From an uncultured Candidatus Saccharibacteria bacterium (GTDB lineage Bacteria; Patescibacteriota; SOKK01): a stretch of DNA of 51,615 nt. This document shows positions 21,770 to 31,046 of the stretch, piece by piece. The stretch is taken from assembly GCA_964518965.1 (NCBI GenBank), contig CAZFJP010000001.1:1-51615 (forward strand). The letters run 5' to 3'. The number at the start of each line of letters is the position of its first letter. Position 1 is the stretch's first letter. The notes under the pieces are model-generated. The model was not told the origin of the DNA, ran no database searches, and was given only the letters and a program-made list of their open reading frames with translations. Position numbers and translations under genes: made by a program.

Positions 21770-22168
21770 ATGCCTTCACGACGCATTCTTAAAGTTAATG
21801 AACTAATTAAACGTGAGGTAGGGAAAATAATTTTGGAGATGATTGATGATCCGCGTTTTGGTTTTGTGACTGTAACACGTGTGGATACCTCGCCGGATTT
21901 GGAGCAGGCAAAAGTTTTCTTAAGTTATCTGGGAACCAAAACAAAACAAGAGGAGGGGATTCGTAGAGTGATTCAAGAAAATGCCTATGAAATTCAGAAT
22001 CGTTTGAATCATACCTTAGAAATGAAAAATGTTCCCAAACTTGTGTTTGATTTTGATTATTCGGCGCGTAATGCCGCACGAGTGGAAAAGCTTTTAAAAG
22101 AAATTGAAGATGAAAAAGATTCCCTTCAAAATCAGCTCAATGATCGTAGCAGTACTGAGACGAAGTAA
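21770..22168 (+). CDS. rbfA: Ribosome-binding factor A
   Basis: DPRFGFVTVTRVDTSPDLEQAKVF, VPKLVF. Confidence 0.93.
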   Translation: MPSRRILKVNELIKREVGKIILEMIDDPRFGFVTVTRVDTSPDLEQAKVFLSYLGTKTKQEEGIRRVIQENAYEIQNRLNHTLEMKNVPKLVFDFDYSARNAARVEKLLKEIEDEKDSLQNQLNDRSSTETK

Positions 22169-23093
22169 ACGGTTGCTTCTTATTTGTCATCGCAATCCCG
22201 ATGGCGATGCTTTGGGTGCAACACTGGCGCTTTATTCTGTGCTGCGGCTGCAATTGAAGAGGGAAGTGATTCTGCTTTGCAATGACGTGGTGCCAGAAAA
22301 TTTTCGCTTTCTTCCTTATTTTTTTGAGTTTCGTACCAAACTTGATCCGCATAAAGATCGTTTTGATACGGTTGTCTTTCTTGATACTGCCGACCGGAAG
22401 CAAATTGGCTTAGAAAAGTTTTTGCCAATTATTTTCAACAAAAAAATTAACCGGATTAATATTGATCACCATCATGACAATAGTTGTTTCGGAGATATTA
22501 ATTTGGTTGTTGATTCCTCATCTACCTCTGAAGTCATCTTTCGTCTCTTGAAAAATTTTGGCTGGGAAATCACCTCTCAGATTGCTACTTGTTTGCTCAC
22601 AGGAATTTATACTGATACCGGAAGCTTCCAACATGATAATGCTACTAGGGAAACTTTTCAGATTGCTTCTGAATTGATTCTCAAGGGTGCACGCTTAAAT
22701 CTAATTATTCGGAATACCTTTCAATACAAACCGCTTTCTCGTCTCCGTTTGTGGGGACGGGCTTTACGGCGAATTCGGCGGGACCAAAAGGAAGGTATAA
22801 ATGTTTCAGTAATTACCAAGAAGGATTTGGAAGAAGTTGGTGCTACCCTAGATGATCTAGAAGGGGTAGTTAGTGTGATTAATACTATTCCTAATACCAA
22901 AGCAACAATTCTGCTCTCGGAAAAGAATAATAGGGATGAAATCAAAGGTAGTATTCGTACCGAAATGGATGATGTTGATGTTTCTCAAATTGCTTCTTTA
23001 TTTGGTGGCGGCGGACATAAAAAAGCTTCTGGTTTCTCTTTACCAGGAAGATTGGAAAGAACTGGAAGAGGAGGGTGGAAAATTGTTAAATGA
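22110..23093 (+). CDS. nrnA: DHH/DHHA1 oligoribonuclease / pAp phosphatase
   Basis: HRNPDGDA, IDHH, GIYTDTGSF, GGGGHKKASG. Confidence 0.9.
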   Translation: MKKIPFKISSMIVAVLRRSKRLLLICHRNPDGDALGATLALYSVLRLQLKREVILLCNDVVPENFRFLPYFFEFRTKLDPHKDRFDTVVFLDTADRKQIGLEKFLPIIFNKKINRINIDHHHDNSCFGDINLVVDSSSTSEVIFRLLKNFGWEITSQIATCLLTGIYTDTGSFQHDNATRETFQIASELILKGARLNLIIRNTFQYKPLSRLRLWGRALRRIRRDQKEGINVSVITKKDLEEVGATLDDLEGVVSVINTIPNTKATILLSEKNNRDEIKGSIRTEMDDVDVSQIASLFGGGGHKKASGFSLPGRLERTGRGGWKIVK

Positions 23094-23170
23094 TGGAAGG
23101 TAGCAAATAGTAGATAGTGATAGTTAGAAACGATATCTGCTACCATTCCTATTAATTTATTATTTTTCCG

Positions 23171-23929
23171 ATGAATGGTTATCTTACCAAGGCCTTTGTT
23201 CTAAGAAAGATAGATCTAAAGGAAGCGGATGAGTTAGTCACACTTTTTAGCTTAGATAAAGGTAAAATAAAGGTTATTGCCAAGGGGATTAAAAAAGCGC
23301 GCAGTCGCAATGTTGGCAACTTAGAGCTTTTGAATTTAATTGAGGTTTATTTGATTCCCGGCAAGCAGTTTGAAATAGTTACACAAGTAAAGGTTTTAGA
23401 GAGCTTTCAAGAGTTAAAATCCGATCTTGATCAAATCTCTGTTCTTTATTATCTAGCTGAATTAATTGATAAACTAGTAGGAGAGAACGAAAGCATCCCA
23501 GAAGCTTTTACCTTACTAGGGGATTTTCTGAACTGGTTTAAAAATAATTCTAAGAGTGCCTTAAAAAATTTTTACTTGCGAGGATTAGAACTGAAATTAA
23601 TTCAGACTCTTGGTTTTGCACCAGAGGTTTACGTTTGTGTTAGGTGTCGTAAGAAATTAAGCGAGAAAGAAAAGAAATATTTTAATTTCAGTTTGGGAGG
23701 AATTCTTTGTGAACAATGTGGCCGAATAGAAGAAGGAGTCCCCGTTTCTAATGAAGCAATTAAAATCTTGCGCCTGATTGGAAGTTCTAATTTTTATTTC
23801 GGTATCAAACTTCAAGTAAAAGAATCCGACCAAAAAGTTGCTGAGCATTCTATTCAGCAATATCTCCATTGGGTTTTAGCTCGAGAGTTAAAGACTTTAG
23901 CGGTTACACATGCGCTTAAAAGAGTTTAG
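23171..23929 (+). CDS. recO: DNA repair protein RecO
   Basis: EAD..VTLFS...GKI...AKG, Zn finger CVRC/CEQC. Confidence 0.93.
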   Translation: MNGYLTKAFVLRKIDLKEADELVTLFSLDKGKIKVIAKGIKKARSRNVGNLELLNLIEVYLIPGKQFEIVTQVKVLESFQELKSDLDQISVLYYLAELIDKLVGENESIPEAFTLLGDFLNWFKNNSKSALKNFYLRGLELKLIQTLGFAPEVYVCVRCRKKLSEKEKKYFNFSLGGILCEQCGRIEEGVPVSNEAIKILRLIGSSNFYFGIKLQVKESDQKVAEHSIQQYLHWVLARELKTLAVTHALKRV

Positions 23930-25088
23930 AATACAAGAAAAAAATAATGTACTTCAAACTGACTTACCTAATGTCTGGGTGGAATTGAGCTCTTCGGCAC
24001 TTCAAAATAACCTGAGGGAATTAAGAAGGGTGATTGGTGATAAGGTATTAGTTATGGCTATGGTAAAAGCTAATGCTTATGGACATGGGATGAAAGAGGT
24101 AGCACCGGTTTTAGAAAGGCTAGGAGTGGATTACTTTGGAGTGAATAATTTTGAAGAAGCGAAACAATTACGCGAAACAGGGTGTAGATTACCAATACTT
24201 ATTTTAAGTCAGGTGAATGATAATGATTTGCGGATGATCAATGGAAATAATTTTGAGCTTGTTGCTTATAGTTTGGATTATTTAAAGAAGTTGAATCAAA
24301 TTGCTTTGGAAGTCAAAAAGAAATTTTTAGTTCATTTAAAGATTGATACAGGAATGGGACGTTTGGGAATTTTTATGGATGAGATTGGGGAGTTAATTAA
24401 GCTTTTGTCTTCTCTTTTGGGGATTGAAGTTAAAGCAGTCATGACTCATTTCGCGGCAAGTGATGATCCTAAAAAGAAAGATTATTTTAATTTGCAATTG
24501 TGTAATTTTCAGGAAGTACTCTTTGAGCTGCAAAAAGGAGGGATCATTTTGCCGATAAAGCATATTGCTAATAGTGGTGCAGTATTACTTTATCCCGAGA
24601 GTCACTTTGATTTAGTGAGAGTGGGGGCTTTGCTCTATGGTTTTTGGCCCTCAGAGGAAGTTTGCAAACTTAAAAGCAGAGAAGTAAAATTACAACCAGT
24701 TTTATCACTGAAAACAAAAATTGTTCAAATTAAGACGATTAAAAAAGGAAATTTTGTTGGTTATGGTTGCACCTTTGAGGCATCTTCTAACCTCAAAATC
24801 GGTATCATTCCGGTGGGTTACTTTGAAGGATATAATCGTTTGTTCTCTAATCAAAGTGAGGTACTAGTCCGGGGCAAGCGAGCAAAGGTGATCGGGAGAG
24901 TGTCAATGAATCTTACTGTCGTTGATCTTACCAAGATACCGGGAGTAGAAGTGAATGATGAAGTGGTTTTAGTCGGCAAACAAGGGCAGGATGAAATAGA
25001 CGTGGATGAGTTAGCAGAGAAGTGCAATACGATTAATTATGAGATTGTTACGAAGATTGCCGAGAGCATTCCAAGAATCATCATATGA
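23910..25088 (+). CDS. alr: Alanine racemase
   Basis: VKANAYGHG, HLKIDTGMGRLG, GRVSMN, TINYE. Confidence 0.95.
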   Translation: MRLKEFRIQEKNNVLQTDLPNVWVELSSSALQNNLRELRRVIGDKVLVMAMVKANAYGHGMKEVAPVLERLGVDYFGVNNFEEAKQLRETGCRLPILILSQVNDNDLRMINGNNFELVAYSLDYLKKLNQIALEVKKKFLVHLKIDTGMGRLGIFMDEIGELIKLLSSLLGIEVKAVMTHFAASDDPKKKDYFNLQLCNFQEVLFELQKGGIILPIKHIANSGAVLLYPESHFDLVRVGALLYGFWPSEEVCKLKSREVKLQPVLSLKTKIVQIKTIKKGNFVGYGCTFEASSNLKIGIIPVGYFEGYNRLFSNQSEVLVRGKRAKVIGRVSMNLTVVDLTKIPGVEVNDEVVLVGKQGQDEIDVDELAEKCNTINYEIVTKIAESIPRIII

Positions 25089-25094
25089 ACGTAT

Positions 25095-25125
25095 TGTAGA
25101 GACGGGTCTGAAACTTGTCTTTATA
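25095..25125. repeat. Degenerate GTAG-type REP
   Basis: TGTAGAGACGGGT-CTGAA-ACTTGTCTTTATA. Confidence 0.6.
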
Positions 25126-25166
25126 GGAATACGTCGTTATTTATTTATCAATCATTAAAAATATTT

Positions 25167-26528
25167 ATGGAACCAAAAAATAATCTGATGGAAAAAATTA
25201 CCTCGCTTGCTAAGCGACGAGGTTTCTTATTCCAAAGTTCCGAAATTTACGGTGGGATTAACGCTTGTTATGATTACGGTCCGCTTGGTGTAGAATTAAA
25301 AAACAATATTAAAAGAGCTTGGTGGGATACAATGGTCTCTTGTCGTTCGGACATTGAAGGAATTGATGCGAGTATTTTAATGCACCCAAAGGTTTGGGAG
25401 GCTTCGGGTCATATTGATAATTTTACGGATCCTTTGGTGGATTGCAAGAAATGTAAACGGCGTTTCAAGGAAGGTGATGTTTTGGAAGAAGCAAGGGAAA
25501 AAGATATTAAGGGCATTTTAAGATGTCCGGTTTGTGGCGGCGAATTAACCAAAGCACGTCAGTTTAACTTGATGTTTAAGACTCACATGGGCCCCGTTGA
25601 AGATAAGGCAAGTGAAATATTCCTTCGGCCGGAGACTGCCCAAGGTATTTATGTGAACTTTAGAAATGTTTTAGATTCTACTGGTCAGCATATTCCCTTT
25701 GGTATTGCTCAAATTGGTAAGGCCTTTCGTAATGAGATTACTCCCGGAAATTTAACTTTCCGCTTACGTGAGTTTGAGCAAATGGAAATGCAATATTTTG
25801 TTAAACCTAAAGAAGCAACAAAATATTTTGATGAGTGGTTAAAAAAAAGAAAAGAATGGTATATTGATTTAGGTCTGAATCGAAGTAAGGTGCGAATACG
25901 TGAACATAAGGAAGGGGAACTAGCTCATTATGCCAAGAAGGCAGTGGACATTCAATTTGAGTTTCCTTTTGGTTTTGCAGAACTGGAAGGAATTCATAAT
26001 CGTAGCGATTACGATTTGAAACAACATGAAAAGTTTAGTGGCAAGGATCTGGACTACGTTGATCCGGTCACTCATGAGAAGTATCTTCCTTGGATTGTGG
26101 AAACTTCAGGAGGTGTTGATCGAGCAGCACTAGCTTTTCTTATTGATGCTTATACCGAGGTGGAAGGTGGTAGATCGGAAAAAAAACAAACAGTTCATGA
26201 AAAAGAAGTCGTTTTGAAGCTGGACAAGCAGCTGGCACCTGTCAAGGTGGCAGTTTTGCCCCTTTTGCGTAAGCCGGAACTCAAAAAGGTAGCAATGGAG
26301 GTTTTCGAACAAGTCAAAGGTGAGTTCAAAGCCCAGTACGATGAGACCGGCTCCATCGGCAAACGCTACCGCCGTCAAGATGAAATTGGTACTCCTTACT
26401 GTGTTACTATTGATTTTGAGACCTTGGAGGATAAAGCAGTGACTGTAAGGGATCGGGATACGATGAAGCAGGAGAGAGTGGAAATTAAGAATTTGGTTGA
26501 ATATTTAAAAGTTAAATTTGGCTGTTGA
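25167..26528 (+). CDS. glyQS: Glycine--tRNA ligase, homodimeric type
   Basis: YDYGPLG, LRPETAQG, FRNEITP, REFEQME, SIGKRYRRQDEIGTP. Confidence 0.96.
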   Translation: MEPKNNLMEKITSLAKRRGFLFQSSEIYGGINACYDYGPLGVELKNNIKRAWWDTMVSCRSDIEGIDASILMHPKVWEASGHIDNFTDPLVDCKKCKRRFKEGDVLEEAREKDIKGILRCPVCGGELTKARQFNLMFKTHMGPVEDKASEIFLRPETAQGIYVNFRNVLDSTGQHIPFGIAQIGKAFRNEITPGNLTFRLREFEQMEMQYFVKPKEATKYFDEWLKKRKEWYIDLGLNRSKVRIREHKEGELAHYAKKAVDIQFEFPFGFAELEGIHNRSDYDLKQHEKFSGKDLDYVDPVTHEKYLPWIVETSGGVDRAALAFLIDAYTEVEGGRSEKKQTVHEKEVVLKLDKQLAPVKVAVLPLLRKPELKKVAMEVFEQVKGEFKAQYDETGSIGKRYRRQDEIGTPYCVTIDFETLEDKAVTVRDRDTMKQERVEIKNLVEYLKVKFGC

Positions 26529-26541
26529 TCATCGAGATCTA

Positions 26542-26570
26542 TTGACTGTAAGCCAAAAGTTTGGTATAAT
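26542..26570 (+). promoter_or_regulatory. sigma70 promoter
   Basis: TTGACT-17-TATAAT with extended TG. Confidence 0.8.
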
Positions 26571-26601
26571 TAAAGAACAGGGAGAATAACCTGTTTCTCA
26601 A

Positions 26602-28527
26602 ATGAAAAATAGAAACCAATCCAATAAAAATAAAAAACTCCTTTTAATCGCTTTAATTACTTCTCCCCTTCTTGGAGCACTAGCTTTAGGAGGAGTTTTT
26701 TATTTAGGGAACGTAGATAACGTAGTTTCTGACAAGGAGACAAAAATTACTCAAGAGAGTAACTTTGCGAAGGAAAGCCGCTCCCTTAGGAAGGATAATG
26801 AAGGAGGTGGAGCAAGAAAAGAACAGGAAGCGGTAGAGGGGAGTTATCAGGGGGAGGGAATTCAGGCAGTTGATTTAGATTCTGAAGGTCAGTTTACTTA
26901 CGCCGAGAAAGAGGAAGGTCGAGCGTTCAAAAATCCTGCGAACTATGTAGATGAAAATGGAAATTTACCTCTGTTGCTATTTGTAGAGAGTAGTAATCTT
27001 GATCATAATCGGGAAGGTGTTGCCTTGGATCAGAGGATTAAGTTTAATCTTTCTCGTCCTGTCAGTCGTAATTTAATCATTCCTCAAATCAGACCGGAAG
27101 TAATTGGTAACTGGTGTTATTCAAATGAAGGTTCCGAGAAGTATTTGTATCGCACTTTGACCTTTGTGCCGGAAGAGAAAATGGAGCCAGCAACAAAGTA
27201 CCGGGTAATTTTAAGAGGCACGAGCGAGTTAGGTGGAGTTAATAGGTATTTCAACTATCAGTTAACTTTCCGTACTCGAAACCTGACTTGGGAAATTGTT
27301 TCAAGTGAAGCTAATTTCCGAACGAGCGAGAGTCAAGCTACTGTGCCAGAGGAAGTTGTTTCCTTTGGACCAACTGGAGGCCAAGCGCAGCTTAATCAGA
27401 AAGTGAAAATCGTTTTTCGTGAGCCGATGCAAAGAGAATCAGTAAAGGAGAATTTTGCAATTACGCCGGTGTTTTCCGGCAGTTTTCAGTGGTCCGCAGA
27501 TAATAAAGAGTTGCACTTTACTCCCCAAGTTAGTTTTGAGAGAGAGACAACTTTTAGGGTTTTACTTAAAAAAGAGGCACTCAACGAGCAAGGTAAACCT
27601 TTGAGCTGTGACCTTGATTTTTCTTTCCAAACCGTTGGCAAGGTTTTGGTTACTAAGTTCTCTCCTCGAAATGGCTCAAAGAATCTCTCGCTCAATACTC
27701 CAATCAAATTTTATTTCAATCAACCTGTTGATCCTGAATCAGCACGCAGTCATTTTAGAATTATTCCTGACATAGAGGGAACAATTACTTTTCCGAATCA
27801 GCAAGTTTTGGTTTTTCAACCGCGACGGCTAAATTATCAGACTGCTTATCGTGTAAAGATATTGGCAGGAGTGAAAGCAATTGATCTTCCTGATCCACGC
27901 TTTGATTCCGTTGATACTTACGGTTCTCACTTCCAAACTAAAACTCAAACAATTCTTTTAAATGTTTTTCTGGATTACCAAGATTATCCTTTGTCTTGTG
28001 AAGCTGCTGCACTGAAAATGGCTTTAGCTTTCAAAGGTAGAAGATTGTCTGAAAACTCGATTCTAGGACAGATGCGTCATCATAACGCCGCTAGATGGGG
28101 TGATCGATGGGGAGATCCTTTTCGAGAGTTTGTGGGGAGTCTATACGGTAGACAGAACTCTACTGGTTATGGTGTTTATTGGCAACCAATTAGTAAAGCT
28201 GCTCGCAGGTGGCGGCATCACTCTAGTGCCCGTTCCTTTCAGAGTATCACGGAACTGACTAGCCAGATTAGGAAAGGAAATCTGGTTGTTGTTTGGGGTA
28301 CCATTGGTTCCTGGGCTCGCCCGGATGGCTGGTGGACGAGAAGTGGTAAATATATCCCTGCCTGGGTTGGGGAGCACGCGCGGACAGTCACAGGGTTTGT
28401 TGGGGGTCCAGTAGCACCGAAATATATTATTGTTAATGATCCGATTGCTGGGAAAATTTATTGGAGAACAAGTAGTTTTTTGAAGAATTGGCGATCGTTT
28501 GGATTTAAGGGAGTAATTGTGAAGTAG
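26602..28527 (+). CDS. Membrane-anchored protein with ~3 Ig-like (Big_5-type) domains and C39-like peptidase domain
   Basis: N-terminal TM; repeats such as IKFYFNQPVD...F.P..L...T.YRV; SCEAAAL...EH...VNDP catalytic residues. Confidence 0.8.
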   Translation: MKNRNQSNKNKKLLLIALITSPLLGALALGGVFYLGNVDNVVSDKETKITQESNFAKESRSLRKDNEGGGARKEQEAVEGSYQGEGIQAVDLDSEGQFTYAEKEEGRAFKNPANYVDENGNLPLLLFVESSNLDHNREGVALDQRIKFNLSRPVSRNLIIPQIRPEVIGNWCYSNEGSEKYLYRTLTFVPEEKMEPATKYRVILRGTSELGGVNRYFNYQLTFRTRNLTWEIVSSEANFRTSESQATVPEEVVSFGPTGGQAQLNQKVKIVFREPMQRESVKENFAITPVFSGSFQWSADNKELHFTPQVSFERETTFRVLLKKEALNEQGKPLSCDLDFSFQTVGKVLVTKFSPRNGSKNLSLNTPIKFYFNQPVDPESARSHFRIIPDIEGTITFPNQQVLVFQPRRLNYQTAYRVKILAGVKAIDLPDPRFDSVDTYGSHFQTKTQTILLNVFLDYQDYPLSCEAAALKMALAFKGRRLSENSILGQMRHHNAARWGDRWGDPFREFVGSLYGRQNSTGYGVYWQPISKAARRWRHHSSARSFQSITELTSQIRKGNLVVVWGTIGSWARPDGWWTRSGKYIPAWVGEHARTVTGFVGGPVAPKYIIVNDPIAGKIYWRTSSFLKNWRSFGFKGVIVK

Positions 28528-28586
28528 TTACGGGAAGGAGGGAGAGATTTCTTCCTGGCAAATATGGTGAAATAGATTAATTTTAG

Positions 28587-28606
28587 TGTGGATATATTGT
28601 GAATAA
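28587..28606. promoter_or_regulatory. Tandem DnaA boxes
   Basis: TGTGGATAT (28587) and TGTGAATAA (28598), 2 bp apart. Confidence 0.6.
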
Positions 28607-28681
28607 CTGACATTTGAAAACTGTCAGTTTTTTATTACCAACTTTTGTTTAATGTCGGTTTTTGGCGTTCGGATAGTGCTG

Positions 28682-28742
28682 AAACGCAAGGTGCAAAATG
28701 CAAAACGCAAAAGTTTTGAATTTTGAGTTTTGAATTTTGAGT
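28682..28742. repeat. Inverted heptamer array
   Basis: AAACGCA AGGTGCA AAATGCA AAACGCA / TTTTGAA TTTTGAG TTTTGAA TTTTGAG. Confidence 0.85.
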
Positions 28743-28773
28743 TAGATTGATGGTGGATTATAATTCAATCGTA

Positions 28774-28823
28774 AAGGAGAAATGTGGATGAAAATGGGGA
28801 TAAGTGGAATGAAAAGTGGATAA
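28774..28823 (+). promoter_or_regulatory. MraZ-binding direct repeats
   Basis: AAGG/GTGG/ATGG/GTGG at exact 10-bp period (28774, 28784, 28794, 28804) upstream of mraZ. Confidence 0.65.
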
Positions 28824-28984
28824 CAGCTATATATAAACAAAAACAAACACTATTTTTACTCCGCTTGTAGTCAGTCTATGCCCTTTAGGCCTTGACTGGT
28901 GAAGTTGGAACAAAGTTGATGGGGGATATTAAGCAGTTATGACCCCTTCCCATCCCCCATCACCCTTATTCCAATTCCAAAACC

Positions 28985-29416
28985 ATGTTTATCGGTGAGT
29001 TTCGTCATACCATTGATCAAAAAGGTCGTTTAGCTATCCCCAATAAATTTCGGACTAGCTTGAGTGAGGGAGTAGTTGTTACCCGCGGTTTGGATAACTG
29101 TCTTTTTCTTTATTCCAGAACAGAGTGGGAGAAGATCGCGGAAAAATTAAGTAATCTGCCAATTAGCCAAAAAGACGCGCGTGCTTTTGCTCGCCTGATG
29201 CTGGCTGGGGCAATGGATGTAGAAATAGACAAACAGGGTAGAATTAACCTGCCACAATATTTACGCAAATACGCTAATCTAACAAATAGATCAGTAATTG
29301 CGGGTTTGTATAATCGTTTGGAAATCTGGAATCCTAAAGCCTGGGATGAGTACAGATCTGGCACCGAGAAAGAAAGCAGTGAAATTGCCGAAAAACTAGG
29401 TGAACTAGGGGTTTAG
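28985..29416 (+). CDS. mraZ: Division/cell-wall cluster repressor MraZ
   Basis: MFIGE...IDQKGRL, IDKQGRI, RLEIW. Confidence 0.96.
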   Translation: MFIGEFRHTIDQKGRLAIPNKFRTSLSEGVVVTRGLDNCLFLYSRTEWEKIAEKLSNLPISQKDARAFARLMLAGAMDVEIDKQGRINLPQYLRKYANLTNRSVIAGLYNRLEIWNPKAWDEYRSGTEKESSEIAEKLGELGV

Positions 29417-29424
29417 CTTGAGAT

Positions 29425-30459
29425 ATGATTAATTTTAAAAGTCCCCACCTACCTGTTTTACTTTCAGAGGTAGTAAAAGGGTTAAGTCTTAAGTTTGGTG
29501 ATAATGCGGTTGATGCGACATTGGGTTACGGGGGACATGCAGAGGCAGTTCTTAAAGCTATCGGATCGAAAGGAAAACTATTGGGAATTGATCAAGATCA
29601 AAATGCAATTAACTATTGTCAAAACAGATTCATTAGATATCAGAAACAGGGTCAACTCTTTTTACACCATGGTAATTTTCGCTATCTTGGCGCTATTGCT
29701 GAAGAGCGGGCTTTTTCAGACATTGCAGGAATCTTGTTTGACTTGGGGGTTTCTTCTCCGCAAATAACGGATCCCGGGCGAGGTTTTTCTTTCCAAAAGG
29801 AGGGGCGACTAGATATGCGAATGTCTTCTAGCTGTTCCCAAAGAAAGATCTCGCCCGGATTGAAAGTTTCAAGGAAAGTCTTTGCTAGTTTGAATAATCT
29901 GGAAGGGTATATTGAAAACAATCCTTGCTCAATTTCTGCACATGAAATAGTAAATAATCTTGCAGAAAAAGATCTTGCTAATCTCCTTTGGCGCTACGGA
30001 GAAGAGAAGAAAAGCAGAAAGATTGCTCGCTTAATTGTCGAGGAACGGAAAAAGAAGTCAATTGAGACTACTACTGAATTAGCAAAAATTATTGAAGCAG
30101 CAATTGGGAGAAAGAAAAAAATTCATCCTGCCACTCGTACCTTTCAAGCATTAAGAATTGTTGTTAATAGAGAATTGAAGAATCTTCAAGAAGGATTAAA
30201 ACAAGCAATCGCAATTTTAAATCCTCATGGTAGAGTAGTAGTTATTAGTTTTCATTCGCTAGAGGATCGTATCGTCAAAGATTTTTTTCGAAAAGAATCA
30301 CAAGGGTGCATTTGTCCACCTAACTTTCCTAAATGTATTTGTGGTCATAAAGCAACCTTAAAAATTATCACCAAAAAACCAATTACGCCATCTGATGAGG
30401 AAGTTAGAAACAATCCTTTAAGTCGCAGTGCAAAACTTCGGATTGCTGAGAAAATGTAA
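29425..30459 (+). CDS. rsmH: 16S rRNA m4C1402 methyltransferase
   Basis: DATLGYGGHA, DLGVSS, LDMRM, HPATRTFQALRI, FHSLEDR, RSAKLR. Confidence 0.96.
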   Translation: MINFKSPHLPVLLSEVVKGLSLKFGDNAVDATLGYGGHAEAVLKAIGSKGKLLGIDQDQNAINYCQNRFIRYQKQGQLFLHHGNFRYLGAIAEERAFSDIAGILFDLGVSSPQITDPGRGFSFQKEGRLDMRMSSSCSQRKISPGLKVSRKVFASLNNLEGYIENNPCSISAHEIVNNLAEKDLANLLWRYGEEKKSRKIARLIVEERKKKSIETTTELAKIIEAAIGRKKKIHPATRTFQALRIVVNRELKNLQEGLKQAIAILNPHGRVVVISFHSLEDRIVKDFFRKESQGCICPPNFPKCICGHKATLKIITKKPITPSDEEVRNNPLSRSAKLRIAEKM

Positions 30460-30467
30460 TTGGTATT

Positions 30468-30530
30468 AAATGGCAAATGTCAAATGTGATAATTAAAACA
30501 TTTTACATTTGACATTTTACATTTAACATT
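30468..30530. repeat. Inverted heptamer array
   Basis: AAATGGC AAATGTC AAATGTG / ATTTTAC ATTTGAC ATTTTAC ATTTAAC. Confidence 0.85.
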
Positions 30531-30536
30531 ATCTCA

Positions 30537-30911
30537 ATGGGAACATTAGCAATTACTCGTTTTGAAACGAGGAGAATTGGTTTTCGCCGCAAAGTTCGTC
30601 AAAAGGACTTTCGTCACAAATTAAGAACTGGACCAATTGCTGTTACATTTCTGATTGTTGTTTTTATCTGTATTGCTGCCTTATTGTACTTGACGCAAGC
30701 GAATAAATTAGCAACGCGGGGGTATACGTTAAATGAATTGAAACAAAAAAAAGCGGAGTTGCAAATAGAAAACGAACGTTTAAACGTGGAATCCGCGCGC
30801 TTGCAAGCAATTGGTAATGTGGAAAGTAAAGTAAAAAATGACCAGTGGGAAAAAGTTGATCAGGTAAATTATCTTCCTAAGCCGAATGAGAATGTAGCGA
30901 TGGAGCAGTGA
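30537..30911 (+). CDS. ftsL: FtsL-like cell division protein
   Basis: Basic N-terminus, one TM, coiled coil; lies between rsmH and the PBP gene. Confidence 0.65.
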   Translation: MGTLAITRFETRRIGFRRKVRQKDFRHKLRTGPIAVTFLIVVFICIAALLYLTQANKLATRGYTLNELKQKKAELQIENERLNVESARLQAIGNVESKVKNDQWEKVDQVNYLPKPNENVAMEQ

Positions 30912-31046
30912 AAAGAGATTTTACGATCTGAAGGAGTAGCGGAATTGGTTCAGTGGGCTGGAGCTACTCTTTTATAGTATAATAGATTTGGAAACTCATA
31001 AGACTAAAAATGCAGAACGAAAAATAAAGTTTTAATTGTTTGTTCA

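Noticed and set aside
28530-28985. Replication origin
   Set aside because: Few DnaA boxes, no dnaA/dnaN nearby, and no change in gene orientation or apparent G-richness across the site.
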